36,015 bases of DNA from a virus (Duplodnaviria > Caudoviricetes): positions 1-36,015 of the IMG/VR virus record IMGVR_UViG_3300049140_000034. The stretch is one strand, 5' to 3'. Below the pieces are notes generated by a model. The model saw only the letters and a list, made by a program, of their open reading frames with translations. It ran no database searches and had not been told where the DNA came from. The position numbers were made by a program, and so were the translations under genes. This document shows positions 16,759 through 24,681 of this stretch, piece by piece (within the stretch, counting starts at the first letter, position 1; each line of letters opens with the position of its first letter).

Positions 16759-17093
16759 CGCCGTTCCCCTAACTGCGCCCACAGCCCGCACTCGTCGGTC
16801 GTCAGGCCCGACTGGTTGGCCAGGCCGGACACGATCAGCCAGCCGGGGCCGTGGCTGTACAGCAGGGGGATCTGATCGGGGCCGCGCGCGGTGACGCGGA
16901 TGCGAGGGCCGGCGGTCGAGAGCGTCATCTCGACGACGTCGGCTCCCGAGCCGAGTACAGCCACGAACAGTTCGTGCGCGACCTGCGGGGCGTCGGGGTG
17001 CTTGACGCGGCCAGCGGTCCACAGCCGGACGTGGGTCGCTTCGATGGGCAGACCCTTGAACGGCTTTTGCCACGTCTGGCCGGACTCGGGCAT
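16755..17093 (-). CDS. Degenerate HATPase/RsbW-like protein containing a TTA codon
   Basis: DA..V.ELF, GPGW.IV..LA and LWAQL pattern of Streptomyces stand-alone HATPase proteins; N-box Asn absent; TTA at 16772-16770. Confidence 0.7.
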   Translation of the reverse strand: MPESGQTWQKPFKGLPIEATHVRLWTAGRVKHPDAPQVAHELFVAVLGSGADVVEMTLSTAGPRIRVTARGPDQIPLLYSHGPGWLIVSGLANQSGLTTDECGLWAQLGERR

Positions 17094-17116
17094 AGCTGAC
17101 CCCCGGAAACCTGGTT

Positions 17117-17207
17117 ATCTGAGTACAGGTAACTCTTATCTGTACTCAGATTGTCGCCGAGATTGGCGCGGGTCAAGCGGGACGGGAGAGTATGTGTACT
17201 CAGATTG
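17117..17207. promoter_or_regulatory. GntR operator candidates
   Basis: Perfect 12-bp inverted repeat ATCTGAGTACAG (17117-17128) / CTGTACTCAGAT (17140-17151); TGTACTCAGATTG repeated at 17195-17207. Confidence 0.8.
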
Positions 17208-17236
17208 ACTCGATCATTCGAAGTGGGGGTGTCTCG

Positions 17237-17992
17237 GTGGCACAGCCTGAGTACCTGCGAATCGCCGCCGACCTGCGGCGACGCATCTCCTCCGGCGAGT
17301 ACGGGCCCGGCGACCAGATCCCCACGCTCCCCGCCCTCTGCCGCGAGTACGGCGTCTCCGATACCACCATCCGCAACGCGCTCCGTCTGCTCGCCAACGA
17401 GGGCCTCATCGAGACCCGGGCCCGCGCCGGCACCCGCGTGCGGCCCCGGCCGCCCATCCACCGCATGGCCGCCGACCGCTACCGGGCCAAGCCCGGCGCC
17501 AAGTCGACGCCGTTCACGCGAGACCAGGGCATCGGCTGGGCCGAGTACCGCCTCGACAAGCGGTTCGAGAAGGTTCAGGCGGACGCCGAGTTGGCGTCCC
17601 TCTTCGAGTGCGAGGTGGGCGAGCGACTGCTGGCCCGGCACTTCGTGTTCTACGACAACGACCAGCCCACCCAGATGAGCACGTCCTACGTGCGCTGGGC
17701 CGACGTCGCCGGGACACCGGTCGCCGACCCGATCAACGAGCCGTGGCCGGGCGGGACTCGGGCACAGATGGCCAGCCTCGGCATCACGGTGAAGCGGATC
17801 ACGGAGTCGTTCACCTCTGCCATGCCCACCGAGCTGGAGGCGGCGACACTACGGATCGGCGCCGGCGTGCCGGTGCTGCGGTACACCCGCCGCCACATCG
17901 CCGACACGGGCCGCATCGTCGAGGTGGCCCACCCGATCGTGCGACGCGGCGACACCACCGTCGTCGACTTCGCCATCGACCTCGACGACTGA
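17237..17992 (+). CDS. GntR/HutC-family regulator with UTRA domain (KorSA/TraR-like)
   Basis: YLRIAADLR...G...PGDQIPT...L...YGVS..TIR.AL..L..EGLI wHTH plus UTRA-like C-terminus; start may be 17192. Confidence 0.92.
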   Translation: MAQPEYLRIAADLRRRISSGEYGPGDQIPTLPALCREYGVSDTTIRNALRLLANEGLIETRARAGTRVRPRPPIHRMAADRYRAKPGAKSTPFTRDQGIGWAEYRLDKRFEKVQADAELASLFECEVGERLLARHFVFYDNDQPTQMSTSYVRWADVAGTPVADPINEPWPGGTRAQMASLGITVKRITESFTSAMPTELEAATLRIGAGVPVLRYTRRHIADTGRIVEVAHPIVRRGDTTVVDFAIDLDD

Positions 17993-17998
17993 CCCCGG

Positions 17999-18048
17999 GC
18001 ATGACGAAGCGCCCCCTGCACGGCCGCATGGACCGTGCAGGGGGCGCT
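17999..18048. terminator. Bidirectional terminator between convergent genes
   Basis: 16-bp stem AGCGCCCCCTGCACGG (18008-18023) / CCGTGCAGGGGGCGCT (18033-18048). Confidence 0.85.
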
Positions 18049-18057
18049 GTCGTGGGG

Positions 18058-18684
18058 CTACGGGTACTGGCGGCGGGTGGGATCGAGGGCGGCGAGAGGG
18101 TTGTTGCCGTTGCCAGGCTCGTCGGGCTGTGGGGCGCCGTCACGGCGGCAGATGAGCGCGTCGGGGTCGTCGGCCGGCGCCTGGAGGCTGTAGTTGGCCG
18201 GGCACGTCTGCCCGTCCTCGCCATCCGCCCCATCGGCGCCGGCGGGACCGGGATCTCCCTGGGGCCCGGGTGGTCCCGGCTCGCCTTGGGGTCCCGGCGG
18301 TCCTGCCGGACCGGTCACGGATTCGCCGTCCTGGCCCGGTTCGCCAGGCTGTCCAGCGGTCCCGGTGGCGCCGTCCTCGCCATCCTCCCCGGGCTTGCCC
18401 GTGGCGTTCGCTCCCGAGGGCCCCACTGGCCCAGGCGGACCCGACGGACCGGGCGGCCCGGTGACCGACGTCCCCGGCTCGCCCCGAGACCCGGGCGGCC
18501 CGGCCACGGGCTTCCCACCGAGCTGCTGCACCTGCGACGCGAGGGCATCCCGAGCCTCGTTCGCGGTGCGCAGATCGTGCGTCAACTGCGAGGTCTGCCA
18601 CCAGATGTACGCCACCAGCAGGGCCAGCAGCCCGCCCAGGAGCAGGGCGACCGGGTCGCGGCGGGGCACTCTGTGCGCGCTCAC
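18058..18684 (-). CDS. Membrane-anchored collagen-like protein
   Basis: N-terminal TM, short coiled coil, ~30 interrupted GXY triplets, C-terminal Cys pair. Confidence 0.88.
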   Translation of the reverse strand: MSAHRVPRRDPVALLLGGLLALLVAYIWWQTSQLTHDLRTANEARDALASQVQQLGGKPVAGPPGSRGEPGTSVTGPPGPSGPPGPVGPSGANATGKPGEDGEDGATGTAGQPGEPGQDGESVTGPAGPPGPQGEPGPPGPQGDPGPAGADGADGEDGQTCPANYSLQAPADDPDALICRRDGAPQPDEPGNGNNPLAALDPTRRQYP

Positions 18685-18685
18685 G

Positions 18686-18994
18686 TCACGAGCCTCCCTT
18701 GTTGGCGTTGTACAGCTGGATCGCCAGGAGCAGCACGGGTACGACGAGGCTGAAGAAGATCAGACGGCGGTCGGTCTGCCGCTGCTTGTCCTTCTCCTCG
18801 GCTTGTTGCTCCAGCTTCGCGACGCGGGCGACGAGGGCGGTGTGCCGCTCGTCCTGCGCCTGCTGGCCGAGGCGGAAGATCTCCGCGTCGACCTTCTGGC
18901 CGACGAGCCCGACGACTCCGTGAATGTCCTCCTTCAGGTCCTGGCGGAGGTCGTCCATTCGCCGGACTACTTCACCGGTCGTCGGGTCGGCCAC
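18686..18994 (-). CDS. Coiled-coil membrane protein in lysis cassette
   Basis: Coiled coil plus C-terminal TM ([15 protein letters not shown]). Confidence 0.8.
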   Translation of the reverse strand: MADPTTGEVVRRMDDLRQDLKEDIHGVVGLVGQKVDAEIFRLGQQAQDERHTALVARVAKLEQQAEEKDKQRQTDRRLIFFSLVVPVLLLAIQLYNANKGGS

Positions 18995-19010
18995 GTGCGG
19001 CTCCGATCAG

Positions 19011-19238
19011 TCAGGCGTCGCTGCGCGGGGTGTGCGGTGCCGCCCATCCGCCGATCGCCGCGGCGGCCGCGGGCAGCATCGCGAGGACGAACGGCTCCAG
19101 CGCGTCGGGCATCGAGCCGATGAGCGAGGGGTCGTCGGTGACGGCGCCGACGACCGCCAGCCCGGCGACGCCCACCAGGTAGGTGAGCGCGGTCGCGAGC
19201 TTGACCTTCTTCTCGATCGGGGCGGAGGGAGATGCCAT
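19011..19238 (-). CDS. Holin (75 aa, two TM)
   Basis: GAGGA RBS; APIEKKV...GWAAPHTPR actinophage holin pattern directly after the endolysin. Confidence 0.85.
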   Translation of the reverse strand: MASPSAPIEKKVKLATALTYLVGVAGLAVVGAVTDDPSLIGSMPDALEPFVLAMLPAAAAAIGGWAAPHTPRSDA

Positions 19239-19246
19239 GGTGTTCC

Positions 19247-19957
19247 TCACTTCTTCTCCAGCGCAGTGACGCGCTTCTCCAGAGCGGTCAGCCGCTCCTC
19301 GGTCGTCGGCTTCGGTGCCGGCGTCGTCGTGCCCGGCGACCAGCCCGCCGCGTGCTTCAGCCGTTCGGCGACGCGCTTGCGGATGTCCGGCATGGACACC
19401 CCGGGGCCGCGCGGGTCGACCTTGCCCGGCTGCCACTCGCGGTGGCCGATGACGGACGTGTCGCCGTCCTTGCCCCAGCCCTGCACCCGCACCAGAGCGG
19501 CCGACGCCCGCACCATCGCCTCGACCTGGACGGCGGGCCACGGGTCCTGGCCGTCGCCGAGGTTCTCGCACTCGAAGCCGTAGAAGTGCCGGTTGCCGTC
19601 GGTGTTCGCCTCGTTCGGCGCGGGCAGCGTCTTCTCGCCGATGACCGCCTTGAGGACGTCGTCGTCGCCGGAGCCGGCGTGGTTCGTGCGGCCGTAGCCG
19701 ACGAGGTGCACGGTGCCGTCCTTGGTGATGACGCCGTGGCACAGCGGGCCGGGCAGCCCCGCGTAGCCGTTGCGGCAGATCTGCACCGTGTTGGCGGTGC
19801 CCTTGGTGACGGTGTGGTGGATCATCACGCCGTGCACGGGCCCCCACGGGCCCATGTGGTCGCGGTTGTGGTCCTTCCAGTCGCCGACCTCGACGACCTT
19901 CGCGCCCTCCGCCTTCAGAGCGGCGAGGAACTTGGACGCGGACAGGGGTGTGGCCAT
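19247..19957 (-). CDS. Endolysin, N-acetylmuramoyl-L-alanine amidase (Amidase_2)
   Basis: IHHT, NHAG, YGFE and GHREW...K.DP zinc-amidase motifs. Confidence 0.93.
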   Translation of the reverse strand: MATPLSASKFLAALKAEGAKVVEVGDWKDHNRDHMGPWGPVHGVMIHHTVTKGTANTVQICRNGYAGLPGPLCHGVITKDGTVHLVGYGRTNHAGSGDDDVLKAVIGEKTLPAPNEANTDGNRHFYGFECENLGDGQDPWPAVQVEAMVRASAALVRVQGWGKDGDTSVIGHREWQPGKVDPRGPGVSMPDIRKRVAERLKHAAGWSPGTTTPAPKPTTEERLTALEKRVTALEKK

Positions 19958-19969
19958 GGGGCCTCCAGA

Positions 19970-20002
19970 TATGAGAAAGGCCCCGGCCTGGTGGCTCGGG
20001 GC
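19970..20002 (-). terminator. Hairpin between tail and lysis genes
   Basis: Minus strand GCCCCGAGCC-ACCA-GGCCGGGGC followed by CTTTCTCAT. Confidence 0.65.
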
Positions 20003-20020
20003 GGTGCAGGTGGGCGGTGG

Positions 20021-20551
20021 TCAGCCGATGCGGCGGTAGACCATGCGCGTGTTGTTGCCGCCGCGCAGGATCGTCTGGTTGGCGTGCGAGACGGCCTGAG
20101 CGAACTGCAGGGTGATGGCGCTGGTCGTGCCATCGGTGACGAACGTGCCCACGTCGAAGGCTGAGTGGAAGTTCGCCGGCGGGGACGTCGCGTCGGAGCC
20201 GCCGGCGAGACGGCCGGTCGTGTTCGCCGGGCGCCGCATCAGGATTGACTGCGGCGTGTTGGAGGTGCCGCTGGCGCCGGGGCTGGAGATGGCCTGCGTG
20301 AAGCTGCAGAGCGTCGCCCCACTGGCCAGCCAGCTCCACCGGAACCCGCTGTTGATGGTGGCCGAGTAGCTGATCCAGCACCAGTACAGATAGGTCGCGT
20401 TCGGCTCGGGCGTGAACGTGATCTCCGAGTTGATGACGGTGGTGGAACTGGTGACGGTCTGGTCGTTCTCCTGCTGGACCAGCCGCTCGTTCCGGGCGTT
20501 CATGTCGTCCGCGATGAGGATCTGGCCCGCGAACCACTGGGGAATGGACAC
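20021..20551 (-). CDS. Minor tail/fibre protein
   Basis: W.AGQ.L.A..MN N-terminus typical of actinophage tail proteins; beta-rich; last gene of the tail cluster. Confidence 0.75.
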   Translation of the reverse strand: MSIPQWFAGQILIADDMNARNERLVQQENDQTVTSSTTVINSEITFTPEPNATYLYWCWISYSATINSGFRWSWLASGATLCSFTQAISSPGASGTSNTPQSILMRRPANTTGRLAGGSDATSPPANFHSAFDVGTFVTDGTTSAITLQFAQAVSHANQTILRGGNNTRMVYRRIG

Positions 20552-20561
20552 TCAGGGCCTC

Positions 20562-23279
20562 CTACAAGGGGACGGGTGCGGGCTGGGCGAGCGAGATCGG
20601 GGTGCCCGCCGCGTGCGCCTTCTCGATGGTGTTGATGCCGCGTGTCACGGTCATGACCTGAGGGAAGACCTCCAGGTCATCGAAGGTGAAGGTGATCGGC
20701 AGGGCGTTGGTGTTCGCGGTGGGCACGAACGTGCCGAGCCCGACGGCCCCGGTGGTGAGGCTGGTGTCGGTCGCCGACACCTCCCAGTCCACCGGCTCCA
20801 CGCCGCCCACTGCCCAGGCCTTCGCCCGCACGGTGCTGCCCTGGGCCTGGAGACGGACGTGGTACGTCGCCCCCGCGGTGAACGGCAGGACGTGCGGGGC
20901 GGTCGCAAGCAGCGTCTCGGCGGGCAGCCTCTTGCGGAGGGTGAGCTGCACCGTGCTGGTCGTGCTGACCGACAGGCGGGCGAAGTAGTACGAGCCGACG
21001 CCGATGTTGGCGCGGGCCAGGACGAACGGGTTCACCTCGGCGCCGGTCGGCACGACCGGGATGGTGAGGCGGGCCCGTACCTCCACATCGGTCAGCGACA
21101 GAGAGTTGAGCGACGTGTACCGGAAGACGTTCCGGGTTCCGTGTGAGTGTCGGCCCACGGTGCCGTTGACGTCGTAGTCCGATGCCGCGCCGCCCGACGT
21201 CGACCAGGCGCCGCCGACCGTCGCACTGCCCCAGCCGTTCGACGTCGACCGCCCGAACTGGTCCAGCGCGGACGGCGTGCACGCGGTGCAGCGGACGACC
21301 TCGCCGCCGACCTTCAGGTCGAACGGGAAGTGGGTGGGCAGCAGCGCGGTGATGCCGGCGGACTGGATCCACGGCGCCCGGTCGTTGATGCCGTCGGGCG
21401 GGGTGTGCACGACGAAGCTGGTGTCGTCGGCGTCGACGGCGGTCACCAGCTGGGCCCCGCCGGTGTCGCACCGGTTGGGCTGGTTCGTGCCCGCGCTCGC
21501 GGCGTCGGCGGCGACCTGCGCCACCAGCCACGGCGTGCCGGGGCTGGCGTTGAGCTGCATGTCCCAGTCGTTGGGGTGGCCGATGGGTTCGGTGCCGCCC
21601 TCGGCGATCAGCTCGATGGTGCCGGGGGCCAGCCACTCGGGCGGGTTGGCGATGGTGATCCGGTCGCCGGGATTCAGGCCGGTCAGGTCGTCGGCCAGGC
21701 CGGGGTTCTTGGCGAGGTCGACGCGCACCAGGGGGTAGCGGTCCTCGTCGACGGTGGAGAGGAAGACGCGCCACGATGCCTGGTCGGGCAGCTGGGTGTC
21801 GTCGGCGACGTTGACCTCGATGCCCTCGTCGTAGACGCCGACCGCGTCGGCGTCCTCTGCCGGATCGCCGGTGTTCTGCGGGCCGGTCGTCTTGGCGTAG
21901 GTGTACTCGCCGCCGTCCGTCCGCCGGGCGGTGATCTCGTTGCGCAGCTTCTGGTCGTCGTCGGTCGGCTCGAACGGGTCGCTGATGTGGCCGGCCGCGT
22001 AGTCCAGGGCGAATACGCGGCCGGTGGCCTGGACGTAGGCGGTGTGCCGCATCATCTCGGTGCCGTCGCGGTAGCCGGTCCCGGTCAGCGCGATGGTGTG
22101 GCCGTTGTCCTGGACGCGCATGGTGCCGTACTGGCGGCGGCCGGAGACGGAGCCGATGTCGTAGTCGGTTTCCGAGGTCGACCAGGCGCCCGCGTCCAGC
22201 CCTGCGAACATGAACATGGGGAACCGGCCGTAGGGGTTGTGCGGGCCGGAGCAGATGGACAGGGCGTGCATGTCGGCGGTCACCATGACCATGCGGTCAA
22301 GCCATCCGGTGTCGCCGAACAGCTGGACCATCTCCAGGCGTTCGTGCAGGAAGTCGGACCAGGTGTCCTCGCCGCCGACCCAGCGGGACGGAGACTGCCA
22401 CACCAGGGCCTCGGCTCCGTCGTCGCGGGCGGTGGCGAGCAGGCCTTCCATCCACGTCTTCTGAGCGGTGCCCAGCAGCGTCTTGGCGGGGGTCTGCGGG
22501 TCGGTGTTGGGGTCGCGTGCCGAGCGGACGTCGGAGGCGATGTAGAGGACGCGGCCGACCTGCCAGCTTTGATAGATCGCGGACGCCGAGGGCAGGGTGT
22601 AGTGCGGCACCCATTCGCGGTAGACGGAGTTGGCCGCCGGGTTGGACGCGCTGGTGCGGTTGGAGTTGTTCGCGCCGAAGTCGTGGTCGTCCCACACGTA
22701 GGTGCTGGCCAGGGAGCGGAAGAACTGCGACTGTCGGCAGGCGGGGTTCACGAGCGCGCCGAAGTTCATGTTCTCGAAGTAGGCACTGCGGAAGCTGGCA
22801 GGCGTGTTGGTGGCGATGTTCTTGTAGTGCAGGTCCCCCAGGTGGGAGAACCACAGCCACTCCTCGGCGGCGGCCTGCGCCGTCATGGTGTCGAAGACGG
22901 GACTGTTGCTGACGGCGCTGGAGATGTACCCGTCGTAGCCGTCACCGGTCAGGCCCGCATCGCCCGCGGCCCCGAAGGTGTAGCTGGCCCGCTCCCCGGC
23001 GGCCACGGGGTGGGTGCGGAACGTGGCCTTGAAGGACGTGTTGAGGGCGCCGTCGTTGACGACGACCCAGTACGGGGTGCCCGGGTCGAGGCCGGTCACG
23101 GTCCACGCGATCACATTGTCGGCGCCGGGCGCGGTAGGGCCGAGCGTCACCGCCCCGGTCATGGCCTCGTTGTCGGCGACCAGGAGCGTGCTCGCGGTGG
23201 CCGAGGTCAGCCGGGCCTTGACGACCGCGCTGGTGTCGGTGGTCCCGCCGGTCCAGACCGAGGACACGTCGAACGCCAT
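20562..23279 (-). CDS. Tail protein with N-terminal PhoD-family metallophosphoesterase domain
   Basis: aa ~1-414 carry GL.PGT.Y, LGDLHY, WDDHDFGANN, DVRS.RD, LLG..Q..W, DTW and ADMH; remainder is tail-protein-like with a beta-sandwich region. Confidence 0.88.
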   Translation of the reverse strand: MAFDVSSVWTGGTTDTSAVVKARLTSATASTLLVADNEAMTGAVTLGPTAPGADNVIAWTVTGLDPGTPYWVVVNDGALNTSFKATFRTHPVAAGERASYTFGAAGDAGLTGDGYDGYISSAVSNSPVFDTMTAQAAAEEWLWFSHLGDLHYKNIATNTPASFRSAYFENMNFGALVNPACRQSQFFRSLASTYVWDDHDFGANNSNRTSASNPAANSVYREWVPHYTLPSASAIYQSWQVGRVLYIASDVRSARDPNTDPQTPAKTLLGTAQKTWMEGLLATARDDGAEALVWQSPSRWVGGEDTWSDFLHERLEMVQLFGDTGWLDRMVMVTADMHALSICSGPHNPYGRFPMFMFAGLDAGAWSTSETDYDIGSVSGRRQYGTMRVQDNGHTIALTGTGYRDGTEMMRHTAYVQATGRVFALDYAAGHISDPFEPTDDDQKLRNEITARRTDGGEYTYAKTTGPQNTGDPAEDADAVGVYDEGIEVNVADDTQLPDQASWRVFLSTVDEDRYPLVRVDLAKNPGLADDLTGLNPGDRITIANPPEWLAPGTIELIAEGGTEPIGHPNDWDMQLNASPGTPWLVAQVAADAASAGTNQPNRCDTGGAQLVTAVDADDTSFVVHTPPDGINDRAPWIQSAGITALLPTHFPFDLKVGGEVVRCTACTPSALDQFGRSTSNGWGSATVGGAWSTSGGAASDYDVNGTVGRHSHGTRNVFRYTSLNSLSLTDVEVRARLTIPVVPTGAEVNPFVLARANIGVGSYYFARLSVSTTSTVQLTLRKRLPAETLLATAPHVLPFTAGATYHVRLQAQGSTVRAKAWAVGGVEPVDWEVSATDTSLTTGAVGLGTFVPTANTNALPITFTFDDLEVFPQVMTVTRGINTIEKAHAAGTPISLAQPAPVPL

Positions 23280-23283
23280 GTCG

Positions 23284-24669
23284 TCACATCCCCTGGTTGT
23301 ACTTGGATCGCTGGGTCCGGTAGGCCAGGCCGGCGGTGTCCCGCGAGTCGTAGACGATGCCGCCGTCGACGTCGGCCGCCGACTGCAGCAGGTCGAGGAA
23401 CGCGCCCGACTTCTGCGGGCCCATGCGCGGGGTCTGGTCCAAGTTGCCGTTCACCAGCAGCGGCACGCCCTGCTCGGCACACAGCCGCTCGATACGCCGC
23501 CCCGCGCGTTCCCGGTTGTAGCCCTGCGCGGCGTGCCACGTGTCGGCTGCGGAGGACGGCGAGGGCCCCCAGTAGGTGATGTGCCCCAGCGCCATGGGCT
23601 CGGCCATCGAAGCGAAGGCGCCCCACCGGTAGCGGAAGCGGGCGACCGGCCGGTGCGGAACGGCATACGTGCCGCTGGCGACGCTGGAACCGTCGATGAA
23701 GAGTTGCCAGTCCGTCGAGACGCCGTTCGCCGTGGTCGTCAGCCGGATCATGTGCAGGGAGTCGTCGAAAACACCCGGGCCGGCGACGGTCGTGAGGACG
23801 GCGAGGGACGACATGGTCTCGCCTGACGACAGCACCCGCAGTTCGACGTCGTTGGCGACCCGGTCGGCGACCACGATCCACGCCAGGATCGGGTCGGGGT
23901 CCGTGCCCTGCCCGGTGTCGAAGACCGCGAGATCGTCCTCGATGCCGCCCGCTCCGGCCCGGTAGTGGTCGACCGACCACGACGTCAGCGTCATCGGTGA
24001 GACCTTGACGGTGAGGGTGCCCTCGGTGCTGGCGGGCAGCTGCACCGTGGGGTCCAGCCACGGGGCGAGGGCGCCTTTCCCCCAGTCGGGCTGTCCCTGG
24101 TAGAAGGATCCGGCCGTGCCGATGGCGCGCAGCGGCTGGGCGCCGGCGGCGACCTCGGACCCCTCGATGGCCCGCTCGCCGTCGGTCAGCGGCCAGTACC
24201 GCAGCGGCAGAGCGGAGCCGACGTGACGGCGTAGCGCGTCCTTGAGCGCCTTCGTTCCCTGCATCAGGCGGCGCTTCATCCCGTGGGCTGTGACCGTACT
24301 GAAGATGTCGTTGCCGCTCACGTCCCACTTGGTGGGCCAGCTGGTGATGTAGCCCTCGAACCGGCCGACCACCGCCCCGCTCGGCGTGGTCAGGTCGACG
24401 GCCACCAGTGTGCTCAGCCCCAGCAACCCGAACAGATCCGAGCGCGGGTTGCGGCGCGAGTACCGGCCGAGGATGCCGGGGCTGGCCTTGCTGTAGCCGT
24501 TGTTCAGGGTGAGCGGGCAGCGGGTCGGGTCGGCCGTCGACCCCCAGTCCTGCCGCCCCCACGTGACCGCGATCTTGTCGCGGTTGAGGACGTCGGCGGT
24601 GATGTCCACCCAGGCCCCGCCCAGGAACAGGGAGATGACCACGACGAGCGGAGTCTGAGGGAACACCAC
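23284..24669 (-). CDS. Minor tail (hub/distal tail) protein
   Basis: Follows tape measure; WVDIT.DV, YWPL.DG (LamG-like) and R..RLC.E.G patterns. Confidence 0.85.
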   Translation of the reverse strand: MVFPQTPLVVVISLFLGGAWVDITADVLNRDKIAVTWGRQDWGSTADPTRCPLTLNNGYSKASPGILGRYSRRNPRSDLFGLLGLSTLVAVDLTTPSGAVVGRFEGYITSWPTKWDVSGNDIFSTVTAHGMKRRLMQGTKALKDALRRHVGSALPLRYWPLTDGERAIEGSEVAAGAQPLRAIGTAGSFYQGQPDWGKGALAPWLDPTVQLPASTEGTLTVKVSPMTLTSWSVDHYRAGAGGIEDDLAVFDTGQGTDPDPILAWIVVADRVANDVELRVLSSGETMSSLAVLTTVAGPGVFDDSLHMIRLTTTANGVSTDWQLFIDGSSVASGTYAVPHRPVARFRYRWGAFASMAEPMALGHITYWGPSPSSAADTWHAAQGYNRERAGRRIERLCAEQGVPLLVNGNLDQTPRMGPQKSGAFLDLLQSAADVDGGIVYDSRDTAGLAYRTQRSKYNQGM

Positions 24670-24681
24670 GCGAGGGCCTCC

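Noticed and set aside
18210-18510. Repetitive DNA as a CRISPR or tandem array
   Set aside because: Explained by collagen GXY codons; no repeat-spacer structure and no cas genes
19011-20537. 508-aa minus-strand ORF, and 751-aa ORF at 23207-25462
   Set aside because: Arg/Pro-rich alternate-frame translations; only the last 75 aa of the first (the holin) look real
22038-23283. PhoD insertion as an intein or intron
   Set aside because: No N-terminal Cys/Ser or C-terminal His-Asn splice motifs; a stop codon and a separate start flank it; no intron structure recognised
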